A stretch of 63,983 bases of DNA, filler included. It is 12 parts of 12 records of this genome, joined end to end, with 100 filler letters (N's around TTAATTAATTAA, not from the genome) between each part and the next. Parts side by side here need not be neighbours in the genome. Positions count along the whole stretch, not along the records: positions 23,702 to 27,397 come from SRR7504441_10503; positions 27,498 to 31,263 come from SRR7504441_10508; positions 31,364 to 43,770 come from SRR7504441_10512; 9 more parts are not named here. One strand, 5' to 3'. How positions within the stretch are numbered: position 1 is the stretch's first letter; every line of letters begins with the position of its first letter. Below are positions 23,702 through 34,309 of this stretch, in pieces. Made by a program: the position numbers and the translations under genes. Under the pieces are notes generated by a model. It made no database searches. It was not told the DNA's origin and saw only the letters and a program-made list of their open reading frames with translations.

Positions 23702-25767
23702 CCCCCCCGCGACAACGTTGTCAGATCTCTGAATAGCCTACTACCTGGTACCTGGTACTTGGTACTCAAGAGCAGAAATCCCACACAAGTATTTCGATTT
23801 CGAAGCATGGAGCTTTTGGCTGCTGCCAAGGTTTTGACCGACGCGCAGCTGCTCGAGTACCACCTCAGGTTCGCGCTGTGCTCGTCCTCGGCCCAAGTGA
23901 CCGGATCCCGTGCGCTCTGCAACGAGGCTGCCGTGGCCGACTTCTCCCGAAAGTGGCGGGTGCGCCCGGGCTGTGTACCTGCCCCCCGAGTGCTCGGGTT
24001 TCAGGGCAGTCTGGTCCTCGACGGGTACATCGACAAGGCGGAGCTCGGGAGCAACAACACCATCCAGGATCTGCTTGACCGCGGGATCCAGATACCGGCC
24101 CAAGGGCTGCTCATCCACACCGGCCAGATCCCGCAACCCGGCGAGGCATCAGAGTACATCCTGGTGCAGGCCGCTGTCGGCCGGTCATTCTGCACTGAGG
24201 AGGAACCGGCCCGGACAGAGAACGCTGCCTCGCTCATCCCGGAAGGGTGCCCCCGGGGCTGTCGCGGGGAGGAGGCGGGGTAGGTACGACAGTGTCTGTT
24301 TCCCAGGGGATGGGGAGAGGGCGCGGCTGCGACGGATCCTGGAGAAGGAGGGCGAGGAGACGGCGGACGAGCCGGGTGGTGGGGACTGTGGTGGTGGGTG
24401 GTGACGGTGTGGCAGCTGAGGATCTGGTGAAGAGTCAGCCGAACAACTTTAAATTCCTCGTGACTGATCCTCGGCTGGTGCTGGCGGTCTCCTGGGTGTT
24501 GTACGAGCCAACGGACTCGACCCAGCTCCAGGCAACGGACTTGGGGGGCGTCTAATCCGGGGGGCGCAGGGCAGCTCTGGGGACCTTCATGCCGACGAGG
24601 CGTTTAAGCAAGCAATCTCTGCACTCGAGGGAGTTCCAGGCGGCGATAAGGCTATCGAACTGCTCCGGGCGGTGCGCTGGTCTAACGGAATAAATCTAAC
24701 GGACGGACAGCAACACCTGGCGGCCAACCCGCAGTTTGGGATGTCCGAGTACGGCAAGGTGCCGCGTGAGGGGGGATGGGGGTGCTAAGGGGGGGATTAG
24801 CCGTTTGAGTTCTACGACCCGATCCTGCAAGCCCCGGTGCGTGGGCCGGGGGTGTCGTAACTGATTCCAACGGACAGGTCTGTGTCCACGCCAAAATGAT
24901 CGGGTCGCACGCCACAGGAGAAAACGCTACGCACCAGCTGCTGCCAATCGGAGAGGCCTACAACGCAGCTCTGGAGGAGTCTCAGGCCGCCGACCACGAT
25001 TTACGGAAGCGGAAGGAGGCCATTTTGGAGCAGGTGATTTATTGATTAATATGGATTAATACCGGAGCAGCTCGGGCGAGTGGACGGACGAATCGCTGAG
25101 GTAAAGAAGAACTCAACTAGTGTGGAGGAGTCGATCTATCAGCTGCTGCAGGTTAACAGCAGCTTCTAATAAGGCAATCAGCTGTTAACGGCAGGAGGCG
25201 CTGGTGCAGTTGCAGGAGGAGTCGCAGAAGAAGATTCTGATGCTGCTCGCCGAAGAAATGGAGCTCCGGCGGCAGGTTAACAGCAGCTTCTATAAGGAAA
25301 TGAGCTGTTAACGGCAGCTTCGGCTGGTCCAGCAGGAGGAGAGTTTTCTGGCCCAGGAGCAGACCGAGCTGAAGCCGCTATCGTTCCTAACGGCTTGGAA
25401 CCAACATCAGCGGCTTCGGACAGACAAGTTCCACATGGTGTGCCGCCGATCAATGGCTCTAACTGAATTCCAACCGACAGGTCCCGTTCACCCCGAGCAC
25501 TGTGATGGTCAAGGCCGACATCCAGCTGGTAGGACGCGTCCAGGCAACTGCTTCCAACAGAAATTCCGTTACCGCTCGCAGGTGGTTCTCGCCGGCGGAG
25601 CCGATCAGTTCTCGACCATTTCGCAGCTGCCGACTGCGGCACAGCCTGTCCAGTCAGCAAGCTCGGCTCTGCCAGACGCTTCTGGCCCGGTGGTGGCGCC
25701 GCCCAGCTCTGCGCCACATCCTGCGGGTGGCACCCCCCGGCTTAAGGGGGGGCAATCGGCGGTGTAG
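23702..25767 (+). CDS. Protist PARP-like/B-box/coiled-coil protein region (5' truncated); probably the 5' half of the RasGAP gene
   Basis: The spliced frame gives ILVQAAVGRSF...IPEGYDSV and EFYDPILQAPVCVHAKMIGSH...THQLLPIGEAY, then a long coiled coil ELRRQL...FLTAWNQH. It has about ten 37-43 nt introns. Confidence 0.65.
25152..25194 (+). mobile_element. Introner-like micro-intron family A, copy 1 (43 nt, 9-bp inverted repeat)
   Basis: gttaacagc...gctgttaac-ggcag; 40 of 43 positions identical to 25276-25317. Removing it restores the coiled-coil frame. Confidence 0.6.
25276..25317 (+). mobile_element. Introner-like micro-intron family A, copy 2 (42 nt)
   Basis: Same inverted repeat as copy 1. 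It contains an in-frame TAA, so it must be spliced for the frame to continue. A cggcag direct repeat lies at the exon end and the intron end. Confidence 0.6.
25438..25480 (+). mobile_element. Introner-like micro-intron family B, forward copy (43 nt)
   Basis: Core 25448-25476 is 28/29 identical to the reverse complement of 25927-25955. Its 3' end is also shared with intron 24837-24877. Confidence 0.55.
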
Positions 25768-25769
25768 GG

Positions 25770-27332
25770 ATGGTGTCGAGTAACGATTTTTGGTCTGAGA
25801 CGTTGCAGCATCGGAGGGAAAGTGCCGGAGTGTTTACTAATTCTCGGTTAACGGATTTCGGGGCCAAGTCAACGGCTGAAACGGAGGAGATGAAGCTGAT
25901 GAAGCTGCTGATGGAGCCGACTCTAGCGGTTGGAATCCAGTTAGAGCCATTGATCAGGGCCATAGGTGGTCAAAGGGCTATGTGCAGTCATTGACATCCA
26001 GGACGCGGACGAGCTGGCCCAGGTGCTGAAATCCGTCTGAATTCATTGATTGTCAACGAAAATCCCAACCGACACCGTTGGGATAGGCGTTTGTGCGGAT
26101 CTTTGAGTGCGAGGGCAACACGATCTCGCTGATTCGGACAGCGATATCTCGCGAGGTGCGGCATTCAACTGTGATTAATTCGTAATTCATATTAATATAT
26201 TGTAGGTGCGTGCAACTGAGACGGCGAATCTGCTGCTCCGCTCAAACTCGATGGCGACGAAGATGATGACGAGTTACTCTCAGATGATTGGGGTGCCATA
26301 CCTAAGGTGGGTGGCCGGTGATGGCGAGAGCTGAGCCGGCGGCAGGTACACGTTGTGCCCGATTGTGGAGCAGGTGCTCAATAGTACTAGTGTATATTGT
26401 TACAGAGTATAGTATGTTAGCGTATAGTGTATCGAGTATAGTATGTTAGCGTATAGTCAGAGGTCCGACTGTGCCGCAGATATGCCGCGAGCCACTCAAG
26501 TACGAGGTGGACGCGACGCGGCTCGGTGGCGATCACAATGTGTCAATCAACTTCAGGAACTTGATCGGGGCCTGCCAAGGTTTGCTTGACACAATCAGGT
26601 CGACCCTCGACAAATGCCCGCCCCCGTTCCGTCACATCTGCAACCATCTGCACACCCAAGTCCAACGCCGATTCCCAGATCGCAGGCACACAGCGATCGG
26701 TGGCTTCATCTTCCTACGGTACACGGCTAACTGACGCGGCTAACAGACTTTTCAGGTTTTTCTGCCCAGCGCTGGTGTCTCCGGACTCGTTTGGGTTGAT
26801 GGACACGGCGCCGTCTCGTGAGGCAGTCAACTGTTAGTAATCAATAATTGATATCAATATTGCAGGCGCGGCACGTGCTGACGTTGATTGCCAAGACGAT
26901 GGTCAACATGGCCAACGGAATCCCGTTTGGGACCAAGGAGCCGGCGATGAAAGAGATGAACGAATTTATTCTGCACAATCTGAACAGAGTTTCGGACTTT
27001 TTTGACGAATTAGCTACAATTCCAGTCGACCAAATTGAGCTCAGCCAGCAGACCAGCATCGCGGAGGAGGCCCGGACTTCCTGCCTGGCCACGGTCCAAC
27101 GGCACCTCAAGCGGCACCAGGAGCGGCTGCGGGAGATGCTCCGGAAGGAGGCCGCGCAGGGCGGGAGCCAGCTGTCGCTGCACGAGTTTGACGCTGCGCT
27201 GTCGCAGGTGCTTAATAGTGTTTAGTGTGTAGAGTATAGTATAGAGCCAGCTGTGGCTGGCTGAGTTTGACGCTGTGGCAGCCGGATCTTGCGGCCTCGG
27301 GGAGCGTGTTCAGCCCGAGCAGAATCTACTGA
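25770..27332 (+). CDS. RasGAP domain (neurofibromin/GAP1-like), multi-exon
   Basis: The spliced product contains LLRSNSMATKMM (arginine finger), YEVD, GGFIFLRFFCPALVSP, LTLIAKTMVNMAN and FGTKEPAMKEMNEFI. Confidence 0.92.
25929..25965 (+). mobile_element. Introner-like micro-intron family B, inverted copy (37-nt GT-AG intron in RasGAP)
   Basis: Removing it joins EPTLA to VVKGLCAVIDIQDADELAQ in the RasGAP frame. The sequence is the reverse complement of the 25438 intron core. Confidence 0.55.
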
Positions 27333-27397
27333 GCGGTGCAACGGCTGCCACTAGGCTGCCACCGTATTATAATATAGTTGTTATTAACAGTATTATT

Positions 27398-27497
27398 NNN
27401 NNNNNNNNNNNNNNNNNNNNNNNNNNNNNNNNNNNNNNNNNTTAATTAATTAANNNNNNNNNNNNNNNNNNNNNNNNNNNNNNNNNNNNNNNNNNNN
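27398..27497. other. Artificial contig linker
   Basis: N run with TTAATTAATTAA. Confidence 0.98.
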
Positions 27498-27569
27498 GAA
27501 CTACATTAACCGGCCGGCCTCGGGGCTAAATTTAAATCATCACATGATTTCGTATTAAATTTTATTTGA

Positions 27570-30500
27570 TCAATCAGCTGAAGGTGGGTTGAAAAGCCCA
27601 CGACCAAAGTACTCAGAGACCACCGAGAAGCCATCACCCTCCGACTCGAGCTGATGGAAGAACTGCTCATGGTGCTCCACACTCTTCTCTAGCTTGTGCC
27701 GCCGCTCCATCACCTTGCGGTTAGCATCAGCACATAGCGAGCACTCCAGCTCGTTGTCAATGACACACTCCTGTCGAGCCAGGCTGAGGGAACTTTAGGC
27801 GTGGCATCGTCCACCTGGTGGAAAGAGTGACCACAAAGAAAGTGCACAGCTGGCAAGTCGAGCTTGGCTGAGCACGCAGAGCATGAGGTGTCCGAGAACA
27901 CCTTGAGCGTGGCTCGATACGAGCAGCACGGCAGGTTGCACCTTAGCCTGGGTCTGCAGCTTGTGAATGTCATGTCTCATCCGCTGTGTCTCGGCTGAAA
28001 ACGTGGCTAAACCAAAGCCAGGAGGGCAAAGGCACCGCGGAGCTCGTTGATGATAGTTTGGTCCTCTTCGATCAGGTTCCGTTCCTCCTGCAGATGCCTG
28101 GTGATGTAGTCCTTCACGACCGCCAGAGGCGTCTTATCATTCTGTGATAGGATCTGGACGAGCAACAGCGGCGGCAGCAGCCGCTCTCGCTCGATATTGT
28201 TGAGCACGTCCATAATCCAACGATGACAGTCCTCCCGCTCATCCTTGAGAGCAAAATAAGAGAGCACCTGTCATGTCATTTAGCCCAGATGGGACCGACT
28301 TGGGCTGCCTGAACCCATAGGTTGGGGTCAATCCTTCCAAATTTTTTGCATGCAGCCATGATTGCCGGGTACTCGTTGCTCTCCATGTGGTGCTGCCGGC
28401 CAGTGAGGCCCAAAGCCGTCTGCCCGGCTGACCTGAACTATCTCAGTGTAGAGCTTGAGCTTCTCATACAAGAAGAGCACTCCAGGCTTGAAGTCAAACG
28501 TCTGGCCTCAGTCAGCACCAACCCAGCCCGGTGCTCGCACCTGCACCAAGCACAGTGCGTGGTCGTCATCATACTTGGCTGCCGGGTTTTGGAGCAGAGT
28601 CAGTGCTGCTTCGTGGTTTTTATCCCTGATGAGCTCCTCTTGCTTGCGTGCATTCTCCATTGCCTCCGCATCCTTCTCAAGTGCCGACTTCTCAATATCC
28701 TCCGCTGGGCAGGCATCAGCGCCACCACAGTCTTAGCGGCCACCTGGGCAGCCTTCCTCAATCCCGGCTTCGCTGTGCTTGGCATCATGCTTCTCCATAT
28801 CTGCCTGCCACTCAGCCCCACGCGTCGAGCCTGGCACGCACCGCTGACTGTGAGCACACCCACAGGCTCGAGCGCATGCTTGTCCTTCTCCTTACTGCTC
28901 ACCAGATCATGGTCACGCAGGTATCTGTGCCCCAGTCAGTCCACCCAGCCTCAGCTTGGGGCTACAGTTCGAGCAGTGTATTGTACACGATCGGGTCGCA
29001 GTCCGGATTGTGCCGGATGATGTGCTCCAGAAAGCTCTGCAGTTCAATAGGATGGTCCACGAATATGTGGATAAAGTCCTGTGGGCAGCTCCGCTGCTCG
29101 ACTGCCGAGCTCACTGCCGACGGCTTGGCCTCGTCGACTTCCTCGGACACTGCGCCGCGCGCCGCTGTGCTCCCACTCAGCTTGCTCGAGTCTTCAACAG
29201 AGTTCTGCAAGGCCAGTGGGCTGGCTGCGGAGCTGGGAGCTTACCATTGGCTTGTAGTCTGTGCAGAGCTCCATCAAGAACTTGGTGGTGATCTCTGGCG
29301 CCTCATGCATCAGCAGCTTGCCATACTTTTTCATGTTCTTGTCGGCTTGATTGAAACTAAGCCGGCGAATGTACTCGAGGCCCTGACAGCCCAGAGTCAA
29401 CCACCCGACAAAAGCTGGCGGATGCCTTGTGATAGTTTGCCATGTCCTCTATCTGCATCTTGAGATACCAATTGTGCTGCTTGTACTTCTTGGCCAGCGA
29501 GGAGGCATAGTTGTGGTAGTTTGCTTGCCGGCACACCCGGATCGCTGCCCGCTCATCAAACCGAGCTGCCCAGGGTCAAGCGACCTGTCTCGACATCGAA
29601 TTCCTGGCAGTCGTCGTTCACAAACTTCTTGAGCTTGCTGTCGTCCTTGAGCTTGGTGTAGCAGTTGAGCAGCAGCGTGGTGTGATCTGGGTTGGCCCGT
29701 TTGACTTCGTGAAGCTTCTCAAGAAAGTCAGTCAAGTTCTTGATCCGCTGCGCATCCAAATACTTCCGGATCACATACGACGGCTCAATCCGCTCCACAA
29801 TCTGCCGCCGGATATGGCTCGCCAGGCTAGTGCAGGGGCGCGGCCACCTTGATGTACTGTTCCATCGCGCCTTTGAAGTCTCTTTTGACAGAGTACAGGT
29901 GGTCGCCATATTTGAGATGGATGTCGAACCGGTGAGACGCGTCAAACTGCTTGCTGTCCTCCGCCAGCTTGAGCGCCACAGTATAGAAACCCTGCCGAAG
30001 GCTCACTCGCCGCCGCTCGGTTGGTTGGCCTTCTTGTAGAGCATTTCCAGCTTGGTCTGTACGTCCTTCTCGGTCAGCTGAAGCATCTTTCGATCGGCGG
30101 TTAGCACGAATATCTCGGACCACTCTGAGACAATCTGTGTGACCTTGCCTGCCCGGGCTGTCAGCCATTGCCCACTCCGGCCTATTTGCCTGTGAGAGTG
30201 AGGGAATACGCTACAAACTTGTTCCTAACCTACATTCGGATCAGAGCCAGGCGCGCGGGCCCGGCACGTCATAGATGTTCAGATGGTCGTCGTCGCCCGT
30301 GTTCTGCACCTCGACCAGGTAATTCTTAAACCTGCCAACCCCTCAGCCCAGCGCTGTGCTCTGCCCATCACCAAAACAGAAGCTTCCGCTCGCCCTCGAA
30401 CGCGTAACAGCCCCGCCGGCCTGCTGGTGGCTCAGCGCCGGCGGGCCCCGGCCACACACCGTCCGGTCCGATTTCGAACACGCCGTCGGCTCTCCCTATG

Positions 30501-31263
30501 AACATGATCCTATCCCAACTCATCACCGCACATCGGTGCTGACATCCTGCGCCCGAGCTCACTCGCTTATCTTAGCACAGCCAGCACCGTGCGGGTGCAG
30601 GTCCTCGCAGACCGGCGGGCCGCGGGCCATCAGGTGGTGCGCCTTCACGCTGTTGGTGGTCGCGACCAGCAGCGTGTGGGCGGCGTCCGCTACGGCCTCA
30701 CTACAATATCTGCACCGCGACTCAGCCTCGCCAGTCGACTTCCACACCCGATCCCCGTGACTGGAGCTGGCCCGTGCTGCAGCTCGAACGGCTTGATCGC
30801 CCCGCGCTCCCTCAGGAAATCGCCTCGGTACATCAGAACCACCCCATTCTCCAGACCGACCGCGATGCACGTCAGGTCGTCGGTCGCCGAGAAGCAAGTC
30901 ACACTCACGTTCACTTTGTCGTTCGAGTCGCGCACCGGCAGCACCTGCCGCCGGGCTCGAGTGCCCAGCCCACCGACCGGTCGAGCACCTTCTGGCACAG
31001 CGGCGAGCCCTCCCGGTTCACCTGGGGCCGCTCGGCTGTGGCCTGTGGGGCGAGGGCTGGGCACCTTGTCTAGCTTCCATATCTTGATCTGGAACCGCTT
31101 CTCCGGGCCGTCGTCCCCGATCGAGATCATCACTTTCTGCGACTCGATCCGCTGCAGATGCGAGACGAACTTATTGTGGGCGTAAAACTTGCTGTACACT
31201 GAGAAGTTCCTCTTTACGAACGAGATCCAGCCCTCCTTGTCGCCGAAGATCAGAAACCCGCCG
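27570..31263 (-). CDS. VPS11: Vacuolar protein sorting 11 (HOPS/CORVET subunit), 5' truncated, intron-dense
   Basis: Motifs IKIWKLDK, YGDHLYS, EPSYVIRKYLDAQRIKNLTDFLEKLH and HTTLLLNCYTKLKD; RING motif CSAC...LDLPAVHFLCGHSFHQ; C-terminal DGFSVVSEYFGRG. Confidence 0.95.
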
Positions 31264-31363
31264 NNNNNNNNNNNNNNNNNNNNNNNNNNNNNNNNNNNNN
31301 NNNNNNNTTAATTAATTAANNNNNNNNNNNNNNNNNNNNNNNNNNNNNNNNNNNNNNNNNNNN
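31264..31363. other. Artificial contig linker
   Basis: N run with TTAATTAATTAA. Confidence 0.98.
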
Positions 31364-31860
31364 CGCCTGTCCAGCCTGAGTGGCAAATTGATTGATCAGG
31401 TACATTGCTCGAAATGCAGGTATATTCAGGAAATCGCAAAGGAGCGATATACAAACAACTTTTGCACAGTGCACGACCTCGCTCCTGTAAAGCAGTGGAA
31501 GTCATATGGCAGAAGTAGCCGCCTAAGCATGGCTCAAACACAGGACCGCAAAGCTGAAGAGAAGCTGCACCGTACAACAGATCTGATGAGTGTAGACTTA
31601 GACTTAAGCCCAAGGCGAGGATCTGTAGCTCTGCGGGAGATAAAGGCGGGATTTAAGCCGGGGCTGACAACTTCGAGACAACCACGGAGATCGGCGAAAG
31701 GAAGCTGGACCGCTCGGTGAGCACCCTCATTTACAAGTAGGAAAAAGAGTTTCAAAATTAGATTGGTATTGTTTCAACGGTAATACTGGTATTACATGTA
31801 TTCACAATGTCATGTCCTCACTCGCTCACTTTGACACTCTTTAATTAAGGATAATTAGAT

Positions 31861-33777
31861 CTAAGGGCTGTCCACAGTATTCACCATCACAGTGGACTCT
31901 CCCAAGCACGCATCGACCACCCGTTGGCCGGAGATGGGCCGCTGTTGCCTGAGGTCAATCCAATCGTAGCTGGCGGCCTCGTCTGCATTCAAGTGCAGCT
32001 CGTAATCGTGCAGCGCCTTGAGCCCTTCTTTGTGCGAGATCGAGAAAATTCCCATCCCGAGCTTCTTGCACCGGCCAAACAGGTCTTGCTCAACGGCGGG
32101 GGCGATCCCGTTGGTGCACTCATCGAGCACTGCATACCGTGGTCTGTGATGGAACAGCCTGGCAAACGCCATTCGCTGCTTCTGCCCGGGAGAGAGCGCG
32201 GTGTCCCATTCTAGTCGGTCGTCCAGCGATGGGTGCACATTGTCGCATTTGAAGCCCTCGAGATGTGCGTACTGGAGTACAGTGGTCAAGTCGGAGTCCT
32301 TCCCACCGCCGGCTTGCCACTGCTCGACCGACTGAGGGTAGATGATGATCTCTCTCAGAGTGCCAATCGGTACAAAGTTGACCTGAGACAGAAAGTAAAT
32401 CTTGTCGGCACTCGGCTTGCGGATTGTGCCGCCGCAGAGTGGCCACAGCCCACAAAGCACTCGGAACATAGAGCTCTTGCCGCACCCGTTGTCCCCCGTC
32501 ACCATCACCCGCTCGCCCGGCTGGATCGTGAACGAGAGCCGTTGGACCAGCAGCACTCCATCCGGCTTGTAGACTGCTACGTTGTCAAACTCGATAAGTT
32601 CGGCCTCCTCAAACTGTGCTGGGTTGCCGGACTCGGCCTGGAGTTCCGAGGCCTCAGCCAGCACCGGCATCCGCTCACGCAGGCCCTGGAGCAGCTGCCC
32701 GACTCGGGTGGTGATCCCGACCAGCCTGCCGACTCGCCTCTGCAGCTCAAACAGCGCCAGCACCGCCTGTGCCAGCGACTCCATCACCTGTCTGGTCTGG
32801 ACGTAATAGGCTGCAATTTTGGCGGCTGACCAGTGTGCCATTCCATTCTGGTTCCGGAGCACCGGCCGCAGCGTGAGAAGGAATCCTATCACCGAAGCAA
32901 AGTACTTGTTCACGTAACCCTGGAGTGCGTCAGCCACAAACTTCTGGTGGAGAGTGCTGGTGATGTGCCCACTGATGCCCTCATAGTGCCCGTCCAGCAC
33001 CGCCTTCTCCGGCTGCTCACCTCGCATGAACGCGACCATTTCGCTATTCTTGATCAGGTTGGCGTGCGCGGCCCGGAATCTGCCCTCGAGCGCCTGCTCC
33101 CGCTGGGCCAACTTGCCAAACGCGGGCATCACCAGCGCCGAGAACGCGGCAGCCACCGCAAACCACGAGTGCATCCCCAGTGGGCCGGCCAGTCCGAGCG
33201 TCTGACCCAGTTGGATCGAGAAGATGACAAAGTCCACCACCGGCTTGAGGCTCTGCGAGTAAACATCCGCCAGGCTGCTGCTGAACTTTTCGATGTCGTC
33301 GGCAATCAGCTGGTCGCTGTTCTCAAACTTGTCCCGGCCGACCCAGTTGGCCTTGTAGTAGTTCATCCGCTCCATCAGCAGCTTGTGCGCCTTGGCGGTG
33401 AGCCTGTCGCGCACGTGCAGCCCCAGCAGCCCGGTGTACAGCTTGAGCGCGGCATTGAGCCCAGCGGCCAGGATGGTGACCACGCCGAACTTGATGATGT
33501 TGAGGAACACGTGGCGCCACTGCTTGTCGCAGAAGAAGGCGATGGTCTCGCCCATGTTGCGGGCCACCCACAGCGACATCAAGCTGCGGCAGAGCAACGA
33601 ACTGGTCAGCGCCGCTAGGTCCAGCCCTTCGCGGGCGCCCATCCCGTCCTTCAGCACCGCGGCCAGTGTGCGGAAGAAGGAGGCAGTCACCTTGGGCTTG
33701 GCCTGGGCCGAAGGCTTGACCAACAGCTTGGAGTCGGCCTGGTCCGAAGGCTTGACCAACAGCTTGGAGTCCGCCAT
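31861..33777 (-). CDS. Peroxisomal ABC half-transporter, ABCD family
   Basis: EAA-like LEGRFRAAHANLIKNSEMVAF, Walker A GDNGCGKSS, signature LSPGQKQR, Walker B AVLDECT, and SISH. Intronless, 638 aa. Confidence 0.93.
   Translation of the reverse strand: MADSKLLVKPSDQADSKLLVKPSAQAKPKVTASFFRTLAAVLKDGMGAREGLDLAALTSSLLCRSLMSLWVARNMGETIAFFCDKQWRHVFLNIIKFGVVTILAAGLNAALKLYTGLLGLHVRDRLTAKAHKLLMERMNYYKANWVGRDKFENSDQLIADDIEKFSSSLADVYSQSLKPVVDFVIFSIQLGQTLGLAGPLGMHSWFAVAAAFSALVMPAFGKLAQREQALEGRFRAAHANLIKNSEMVAFMRGEQPEKAVLDGHYEGISGHITSTLHQKFVADALQGYVNKYFASVIGFLLTLRPVLRNQNGMAHWSAAKIAAYYVQTRQVMESLAQAVLALFELQRRVGRLVGITTRVGQLLQGLRERMPVLAEASELQAESGNPAQFEEAELIEFDNVAVYKPDGVLLVQRLSFTIQPGERVMVTGDNGCGKSSMFRVLCGLWPLCGGTIRKPSADKIYFLSQVNFVPIGTLREIIIYPQSVEQWQAGGGKDSDLTTVLQYAHLEGFKCDNVHPSLDDRLEWDTALSPGQKQRMAFARLFHHRPRYAVLDECTNGIAPAVEQDLFGRCKKLGMGIFSISHKEGLKALHDYELHLNADEAASYDWIDLRQQRPISGQRVVDACLGESTVMVNTVDSP
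33700..33771. repeat. 2 x 36-bp coding tandem repeat at the ABCD N-terminus
   Basis: ggcctgg(g/t)ccgaaggcttgaccaacagcttggagtc occurs twice with one mismatch. It encodes DSKLLVKPS(D/A)QA. Confidence 0.9.
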
Positions 33778-34309
33778 TCACGCCCGCTCGTTTAACGCGT
33801 GCCGCCAGTGCAGTTCGTTGCTGTCCAGGCGCAAGTGTCAGACCTGTTCGCAAGCCTGAGTGTCAGACCTGCAGCTGTTCGCCTGCATGTTGGTCCGGTA
33901 TTGGTCCGGCATGCAGGCTGCAGTCCGCAGAGCACTCGAGCACTGTACCTGTATAGAGACGGCCTAGAAGAGCAACCAGTCCCATCCGACAGCCTGGAAG
34001 AGCAACCAGCGTCGTCATCTGACGGCGCCTCCAGCTCCTGAAACTCAGCCGCTGTAAAAAGGCCCAGTGTAGGCCCATGTGTAGGCCCAGTGTAGGCCGA
34101 GTGCGCCCACTACCCAGCGTACGCCCAGCGCCCAATGGCCCTCCTAAGCCTCCTATACTACGGTCTCAGTTGCAAGTAGACGCGGCACAACGAAACACAA
34201 ACAAAGTGTAACATTAAGTTATTAGTAGCGTTGGTTGAATTCATTCAAATAACCTGGCCGGTTCATAAGTTGAGATTTGAATTCAAAAGAGAAATTTTGA
34301 ACAGTGAAA

